Assembly: GCA_963760795.1 (NCBI GenBank)
Contig: CAVXEP010000029.1
Span: forward strand, 256,001-320,000
DNA: 64,000 bases
From: an uncultured delta proteobacterium
Lineage (GTDB): Bacteria > Desulfobacterota > Binatia > UBA9968
Reading direction: 5' to 3'
The first letter of the stretch is position 1. Every line of letters starts with the position of its first letter. A program made the position numbers and the translations under genes. Under the pieces are notes generated by a model. It ran no database searches. It was not told where the DNA came from and saw only the letters and a list, made by a program, of their open reading frames with translations. Shown here piece after piece: positions 57,328-64,000 of the stretch.

Positions 57328-57496
57328 CCCTGTGCGGGCCGTTCAATAGCCGTCAGGTTTCGATCGACAACGTTTTATCCTGTGACAATGATTCACTGAA
57401 AACGAGCGCTTTGATCAGCGACGCCGGATTGTCGCTTAAATGTCACGGGAGAGCGGCGCCGCAACTGCGCAACGGACAGCGTAACGTTGAACTCGC

Positions 57497-60308
57497 GTGC
57501 TCAATGAATTTCTGCGCCAGCGCTTTGGCACCCTTTCGCTGCGCGCGCATCTGTTTGCGTTAGTAATGGTGTCAATGGTGCCGTTTCTGATCTTTGCGTT
57601 TTTGGTGCTGAATCTTTTCGCGAGCCGGGAGAAAGCATCGCTGGCGACCGGCTTGCGCGAAACGACGCGCGCGCTGTCCTCCGCTTTGGATCGCGAATTC
57701 GAAGCGACCAAAACTCCCCTCGAGTTGTTGGGCACTCTGGAGGATTTCGATAGCGGCGATATCGGCCAGATCCACCGCAAGCTGCGGCGCGTCTTACAGA
57801 GCCGTCCCACTTGGCGCACCCTCGCGCTTCACGACCCGTCCGGCCAGCAAATTTTGAATCTGCTCAATCCATTGGGTGAATCCCTGCCGGGGACCGACTT
57901 TGAGCAGGAGAGTTTCCGGGCCACGATAATCACTAAGCAATCCATGCCGATGAATTTTCATCGCCATCCGACTGCCGGTCCCATGGTTGGATATCGCGTG
58001 CCCGTGCTGCGCGCCGGCGAATTGCGCTATGTGCTCTCGGTGGAAATTGCCCCGGCGGTGTACGGCGAAATTCTTGCGCGCCAGAAATTGCCGGCCCAGG
58101 CCGTCGCGACCGTTGTCGATGGGCGCAATACTATCGTCGGCACTACCGAACGCCAGGAACTGGTCGGTCAGCTCGCGGGACCGCTGGTGCGCCGCGCTAC
58201 GCCGGGCCAGCTCGATGGCTGGTTCGAAGGGCCCAACCGAGACGGCGTGCCCTCCTACGCGGCAGTCAGCCGTTTACCGACCAATGGCTGGGCGATCGCG
58301 CTGGCGATTCCCGCCGCCCACCTCGAGGAGCCACTAACGCGTTCGTTGGGTGCCTTGCTGGGTGCGGGGGCGGTCTTTCTAGTCGTCGGCATCCTGCTCG
58401 CGGTGATCGTCGAAGCGCGGATTAGCGAACCGCTCGATGAATTGACGCGCCAGGCCGGTGCGCTCGGGCGCGGCGAAACGGTCGAAATGGAGCGGCCATT
58501 CTCGGGTGACTGAGGTGGAGAATCTCAGGCGTGATATCGGCCGAACCGCCGGTCTGCTTGAGCAACGCGGCCAGGAGCGCGATCGCGCGGCAGCGGCGTT
58601 GCGCGAGTTAAACGATCGCTTGGAGCTTCGCATCCTCGAGCGCACCGAAGAGTTGGAAGAAGCCAACAGCGAGCTCAGAAGAGAAATCCGCGAGCGTCAA
58701 CTAGCCGAAGCGGCGCTGCGCGCCGAGCATGTCTATTTAAATCTCCTGCGCAGCACCGAGCAGGTAATCCATGAGGCGGCGAGTATAGGGGGCGCCTTGG
58801 ATGCAGGCCTCGAGCAAATCTGCGGCCATTTGGGAGCACCGGTTGGATACTGTTCGATGTTAGCTGCGTCCCAGCAGGAGCGACGCGCTTCGCTCTGGTA
58901 TGTCGAAGCAAACCGGGAACGCTTTGCCGCACTGCAACTTGCGCTTGACCAGGCCGTTGCCGACGGCAGTGACCCGGCCAGCCTGGCGTTAGCGGGCCGT
59001 GGACCAGATTGCTTGAAGGATCTAGCCGCGCATCCTGCGACCTGGGCGCGCGCGGCGACCGATGCAGGACTGGTATCGGCCTGCGTTTTTGCCGTTTCCG
59101 GCGGCGGCGAGCCGGCCGGCGCTCTGGCTTTTTTTTTCGACCGCGCGACGGATTTAGATCAGCGGCTCTCGACATTATTAGCGCAGTTGGCGATGCAACT
59201 AGGCCGGGCCGTCGAACGCCAGCAAGCCGATGAGGCGCTGCGGCTAAGCGAAGAGCGCTTTCGTTCGGCCTTTGACGAAGGGCCGATCGGCATCGGCATG
59301 GTCGATCTCGAAATGCGCTATTTGCGCGTCAACCAAGTGCTTTGCGCGATGCTCGGATTGCGCGACGAAGAATTATTGGGGCACAAGTTTTTCGCCAACG
59401 TGCATCCCAGGGATCTCAATGATATTCGGCGCCATGCCGAACGATTACTGCGTGGAGAGACAACCGGTTATCGCCACGAAACCCGGCTGATCGGGAATAA
59501 CGGCGAAGTGCTTTGGTGTTTCATCACCGCCACTCTGATCGCGGTGCGCAGCTCCATGCCCAATTATGCCCTCTACCTGATCGAAAATATTACCGAGCGG
59601 AAACGCATCGAGGAAAAATTGCGCGAGAGCGAACGGCTCGTCGCGGTGGGCGCCACCGCGGCCATGTTTGCCCATGAAGTGGGTAATCCCCTCAACGGCA
59701 TTTCCACCACCGTGCAGATGATCGAGCGCGACCTGGCGCGCATGCAAAACGGGGTTAAACCCTCGGTGTTCTCGGCCCTGGGCGATATCAAGAGCGAGAT
59801 CACCCGTTTGGGCGCGTTGCTCCACGAATTTCGCTATTTAGCACGGCCGCAGCGCTTAGAAGAAAAACCGGTCCGCCTGGACAGTTTAATCGGCTCTGTG
59901 TTGATGCCGAATGCTTATAGCGAACGGGGTGTGATGCTTGAAATCGATGTTCCCGACGATCTTCCGGCCATCAGCGGTGACGAAGAACGGCTTAAACAGG
60001 TGGTGGCGAATCTTGCCGACAATGCCGTCGACGCTATGCCCGAGGGCGGCACGCTGACGGTGCGCGCCTACCGCGACGGAAATGAGCTTTGCCTAGAGCT
60101 CGCCGATAACGGCATTGGCATCTCGCCGGGCGTGAATATTTTCGAGCTATTCACCACGACCAAATCCCACGGCACCGGGCTCGGCCTCGCCGTGGTGCGC
60201 CAAATCATATCCGCCCACGGTGGCCGGGTCGATTATCGCTCCGAGCCGGGAAACGGAACGATTTTTACCGTGAGACTGCCGCTCAGCAAATATGAAATTA
60301 CCAACTAA
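57497..60308 (+). CDS. Membrane sensor histidine kinase (TM-Cache-like-TM-HAMP-GAF-PAS-HisKA-HATPase); +1 frameshift near 58487
   Basis: Two TM helices flanking an extracytoplasmic domain; FAHEVGNPL; NL.DNA.DAM; FTTTK.HGTGLGL (NtrB-like kinase core). Confidence 0.85.
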
Positions 60309-60343
60309 AATTCATTCTCCGGTAAAAATTAGATCCCTATAAT

Positions 60344-60504
60344 TGTCCCATTCCCGGTACAGCACCGAAGGGCCGGAATCGCAACTCCGGGACAGTACCG
60401 CGCCGCCACTGCGCGGCTTCGCGTCCGATTTTACGTTCCTGTCTAGGGAAAAGCTTCCTGTCGCGAATCGAAACCCCTTATAAATCACTGGTCTCGGTTT
60501 TGCT
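60344..60504 (+). promoter_or_regulatory. Tandem palindromic sites plus sigma54 promoter
   Basis: TGTCCC-N6-GGTACA (60344), AATCGC-N6-GGGACA (60377); CTGGTCTCGGTTTTGCT (60488-60504). Confidence 0.68.
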
Positions 60505-60546
60505 GTCTCACGTGAGAACATTTTCCTCGCACCTTAAGGAGTGGTC

Positions 60547-61554
60547 ATGGTCATGGGCGACAAAAATACCTGGGGTATCGTCCTAGCGGCCGGTGAAGGC
60601 AGTCGGGCGCGGGAGTTTTTCTCCGCGCTGTGCGGCGGGCGAGGTATCAAACAATTTTGCTCGGTTTTAGGCAAACGCTCTTTGCTACAAATGACCTTGG
60701 ATCGTGTGCAGCAACTGATTCCACGCGAGCGCATACTTATCATTGTCGACAAACGCCACCGGCCGGAAGCGGCCGCCCAGCTCGCTGGCTGGCCAGCGGA
60801 GAACATTATCTATCAGCCAGCCAATCGCGAGACCGCTCCCGGCATCCTTTTGCCCCTGGCGCATGTCAGCCATCGCTGCCCGGACGCGACCGTGGCAATT
60901 TTTCCATCGGACCATTTCATCTCTAACGAGCGCGGCTTTATGTCCCATGTGGGGAAAGCCGTTGAGGAAACCGAAATGTTCCCGGCCAGCGCGGTTTTGC
61001 TGGGCATGACACCGGATCGGATGGAAGAGGGCTACGGCTGGATTACTAGTCGGAAGGACCGCAAAGATAAATGCAGCCGCGCGGTGCGCGAATTTTGGGA
61101 AAAACCCGCGCTGCGCCATGCTGAGAAATTGATGCAAGACGGCGCGCTATGGAACACTTTTGTGTTTGCCGCGCGCGCGGCAACGCTGTGGGAGATGACG
61201 CGTCAAACCGTCCCGGAACTTTACGGAGCATTCACCGGTGTCCGGATCATGCTAGGGACAAAGCATGCGCAAAAATATATCGATCAAACCTATCAGCGCC
61301 TGTGCGCGGTCAATTTCAGCTCGGAGATTCTCGCCCGATGTGCGGCGCGCTTGCGGGTGCTCCCCGTGCCGGAGATCGGTTGGAGCGACTGGGGCAGCGT
61401 TGATAGAATCCTTGACTCAGTAATGCGCATGGGACGTGTCGCCGAGCTTGCTGCGCGCCTGCAGAAACATAGTGTCGGCGACCCGTCGATGGCAAATCTG
61501 CTTTCCCGTTATCAAACGTATCGGGAACAGGTGGCGTATGAAGCGCAGTTGTAG
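60547..61554 (+). CDS. Sugar-phosphate nucleotidyltransferase (mannose-1-phosphate guanylyltransferase-like, no isomerase domain)
   Basis: VLAAGEGSR, KQFC, QPANRETAP, PSDH, YGWI, FWEKP, WSDWGS; TAAGGAG RBS. Confidence 0.85.
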   Translation: MVMGDKNTWGIVLAAGEGSRAREFFSALCGGRGIKQFCSVLGKRSLLQMTLDRVQQLIPRERILIIVDKRHRPEAAAQLAGWPAENIIYQPANRETAPGILLPLAHVSHRCPDATVAIFPSDHFISNERGFMSHVGKAVEETEMFPASAVLLGMTPDRMEEGYGWITSRKDRKDKCSRAVREFWEKPALRHAEKLMQDGALWNTFVFAARAATLWEMTRQTVPELYGAFTGVRIMLGTKHAQKYIDQTYQRLCAVNFSSEILARCAARLRVLPVPEIGWSDWGSVDRILDSVMRMGRVAELAARLQKHSVGDPSMANLLSRYQTYREQVAYEAQL

Positions 61555-61819
61555 CATTGACCGGGCCCCGCGCCAAAAAAGCGGCCGGCACTGAGATTAA
61601 AGGGCTTCATTGTTATGTCTGGTTTGCCTGCCCCGTCGCCGGTTCCCCGGCTAAATTAGATCCCCACGTCGCGCTCGAAATCAGCAGTTTTTTTACCCTT
61701 ACAAGGTGATCATTGTCCACTGGAAAATTCATCCTCTAAGTAAAGGCCGGCAACGGCTCGATCAGTAGATTGCGCCAGGCGATGCAGATACCGGCTAAAA
61801 ATGCGCGTAACAGTAAATT

Positions 61820-62549
61820 TTACTTTCTCAACGCGGCAATGCGGTCTTCGGTTGCCGGATGGCTTGACAGAGAAACCGCCACCCCCGCCCCCGCTTTTTT
61901 CCTGGCTGAGAATCCATTGGAGAGTTCGTTCCATGGTTTGGGGCGGGAACCCGGCGCGTACTAACAGTTCCATGCCGTGGCGATCCGCGGCGAATTCTTC
62001 TTGGCGGCTGTACTTCCTGGCAATCAGAGTGCCGGCGATCGGTGTGACCGCACTACTGCCGGGAATCAATTGCTCCAACAGAACTACGCCAATATTCAAT
62101 CCGGCGCCGAGGACCTGCGCTTTTGCCACATGGCCGAGATCGTCATGGGCGATTTCGTGTGCTAGCACGCCGCGCAATTGCTCGTCGCTGGCTTTTTGCA
62201 GTAATCCGGTCGTAACGTAAAATTCCCCGCCGCCGGCATTAGCCGCATTGATGCTCGGATCATCAATCAATCCGATGCGCACCTGGCTCGCCGAGTTGCG
62301 TTTATCTGTCGCCTGTACGAGCGGCACCATTGTCCGTTTCAGTCGATCGGCTTGGCGGCCATCGATGGGCACCGTACGAACGTTAGACTGCGACTGCGCC
62401 CCAGAACCGCCGCCGCCCGAACCGGTGACAAGCTCGGCGCACCCGTTGAGGAGCAAGAACGTCAGAACAATCCCCATCGCTGTATTCATGATAAATTTCG
62501 GCTTCATTTGCGCTCTCAGTAGGAGCGAGAGGAGCAAAAGAAATGCCAT
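61820..62549 (-). CDS. M48-family metallopeptidase lipoprotein; +1 frameshift near 61872
   Basis: LNGC lipobox; INAA..GGG; VLAHEIAH; YSRQEE.AAD; the shifted frame gives the canonical LSSHPATEDRI end and a stop at 61820. Confidence 0.82.
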
Positions 62550-62608
62550 CTTGGTGAAGTAGAGAAATCAAAAGACTCATCAAATGAACTCACATCCCAC
62601 TGCCGCAA

Positions 62609-62715
62609 TGTCCTATAAACGAGAGCATTGTATTGAAACAATTGCGGGAGTGGGACGTTGTCAGATGAGACTCACCCGGGAGCAGCGCGATAAATTTGTT
62701 GGTCCGCCGTTTGCT
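62609..62715 (+). promoter_or_regulatory. Tandem degenerate palindromes plus sigma54 promoter for the SOD gene
   Basis: TGTCCT-N6-GAGAGC (62609), AATTGC-N6-GGGACG (62640); TTGGTCCGCCGTTTGCT (62699-62715). Confidence 0.62.
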
Positions 62716-62754
62716 GGACTCAGTCTCCAAGCAAATATAAGGGGAATAAAATTT

Positions 62755-63372
62755 ATGCATGCTCAATCCTATCGCCCGAAGAAATTCAATATCGCTGGAC
62801 TCAAGGGAATTTCCGATCAGACTGTTGAAATGCACCTGAAGCTCTACGACGGCTACGTCAAAAATACCAATCTCATAACTGAGCAGTTGGCGGAAATGGT
62901 GCGCTCGAAAAAAGCGGCGGCGACAAACCCTGCATATGCCGAACTTAAGCGCCATCTCGGTTTTGAATATGGCGGCATGGTGCTGCACGAGTATTACTTC
63001 GGCAATCTTGCGACCGACGGCGGCACGCCGACGGATGATTTTAAGAGCGCAGTCGAGGAGTGTTTCGGCAGCTTTGAGAACTGGAAGACGGATTTCGTCG
63101 GCGTCGGCAATATGCGCGGGGTGGGTTGGGCGATCCTTTACCAAGATCCGGTAACTGAGCAGCTTTCCAATCATTGGATCGAACTTCATCAGCAAGGCGT
63201 GCCCTCTGGGTTCAAGCCGATTGTAGTCATGGATGTCTGGGAACATGCCTTCCTGCTCGACTATAAGCCCGCCGAGCGTGACAAATATATCGAAGCGTTC
63301 TTCGCTAATATCGATTGGCGCACGATCGACGCCAATCTGACGAGCGCGGCCGCGACGCGCCCCGTGGGTTAA
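62755..63372 (+). CDS. Fe/Mn superoxide dismutase family protein (divergent)
   Basis: MHLKLY.GYV, LHEYYF.NL, FGSFENW, GVGW, DVWEHAF; AAGGGGA RBS before ATG 62755. Confidence 0.88.
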   Translation: MHAQSYRPKKFNIAGLKGISDQTVEMHLKLYDGYVKNTNLITEQLAEMVRSKKAAATNPAYAELKRHLGFEYGGMVLHEYYFGNLATDGGTPTDDFKSAVEECFGSFENWKTDFVGVGNMRGVGWAILYQDPVTEQLSNHWIELHQQGVPSGFKPIVVMDVWEHAFLLDYKPAERDKYIEAFFANIDWRTIDANLTSAAATRPVG

Positions 63373-63708
63373 CATTAATCACGCCCGGCAAAGTCAACGG
63401 CCTTGAAGTCAATCACATCACCAGACTTTACCAGCCCTTCGGCGCTATCGAGGGCTCACGCCAAGACCCGCGCTTTCTCCGACAGGGCAATCCATGAAAG
63501 TTTTACCCCGCATGTGAAAACCATGGCGGGTTATCGGCGCGCGGTAAGGTACCTGGCTGGGTCGAGATTTAATTGTAAAAGAGAATCCATTGTTCGTCGC
63601 CGCGAATCCGAAAACAGCTCGTGTCTCAATAACAAAACACTCACTTAAGATAAATCCTATTTTTAGCACATTCAGCGAAGCCGGCTTTGGCCGATTGATG
63701 AGTTGGCT

Positions 63709-63725
63709 GCGGCACACTGTTTGCT
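63709..63725 (+). promoter_or_regulatory. sigma54 -24/-12 promoter
   Basis: GCGGCACACTGTTTGCT. Confidence 0.65.
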
Positions 63726-63737
63726 GTTCCAATAAAC

Positions 63738-63917
63738 ATGGAATTTGTATGTCGGCATTGTAATGAACTTTGTGACGACGAGGCATACCGAGTAGTCAGC
63801 ATCGAAAACGACGTAGTCTTGCTGAACATGATCGTCTGTTACCGATGTGCAATGGTGGCTCGCGACTTAAATCTGCCGACGCAGAAAATCGACATCCCTT
63901 CCCACCCAGTAACCTAA
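63738..63917 (+). CDS. 59-aa zinc-ribbon-like protein
   Basis: MEFVCRHCNELCDDEAYRVVSIENDVVLLNMIVCYRCAMVARDLNLPTQKIDIPSHPVT; two CxxC pairs; directly after a sigma54 promoter. Confidence 0.65.
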   Translation: MEFVCRHCNELCDDEAYRVVSIENDVVLLNMIVCYRCAMVARDLNLPTQKIDIPSHPVT

Positions 63918-64000
63918 CGCAAGGCGATTTTAGAACGCAGCGAGCGACAAAACCAACGTCGTGGTTCACTCGCTTCGCTAAAGCGACACAAATAATGGGG

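Noticed and set aside
62590-63375. 261-aa minus-strand ORF
   Set aside because: It is the antisense shadow of the SOD gene with no motif. The same applies to the many long antisense ORFs over ftsH, the kinases and coxA in this GC-rich DNA.

Overview
GC-rich bacterial chromosomal segment of about 60 genes. I found no rRNA, tRNA, CRISPR array or transposase. The lineage is possibly a deltaproteobacterial-type one such as Ca. Binatia, which is inference only. The window reads as a stress/dormancy and signalling island. It has eight histidine kinases: RsbRD_N-type, PAS hybrids, a CheB-CheR-PAS-kinase-receiver fusion, a 2109-aa poly-HAMP hybrid, a HisKA_2 kinase and a Cache-GAF-PAS kinase. It also carries a kaiC-kaiB-kaiB-hybrid kinase operon, a caa3-type oxidase operon, CsbD/BON/CBS/Csp3/SOD/FtsH/HtrA/M48 stress genes, a phosphoesterase + nucleotidyltransferase pair, and several small proteins missing from the ORF track. 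The main non-coding signal is a hidden regulon: about 10 canonical sigma54 -24/-12 promoters, plus an 18-bp palindrome (TGTCCC-N6-GGGACA consensus) that recurs in tandem pairs 31-33 bp apart upstream of several of them. No sigma54 activator gene lies in the window. Most junctions of the oxidase operon carry a large inverted-repeat cassette. Sixteen frameshifts split otherwise intact genes; all are +1, which points to insertion-biased long-read error rather than pseudogenes.
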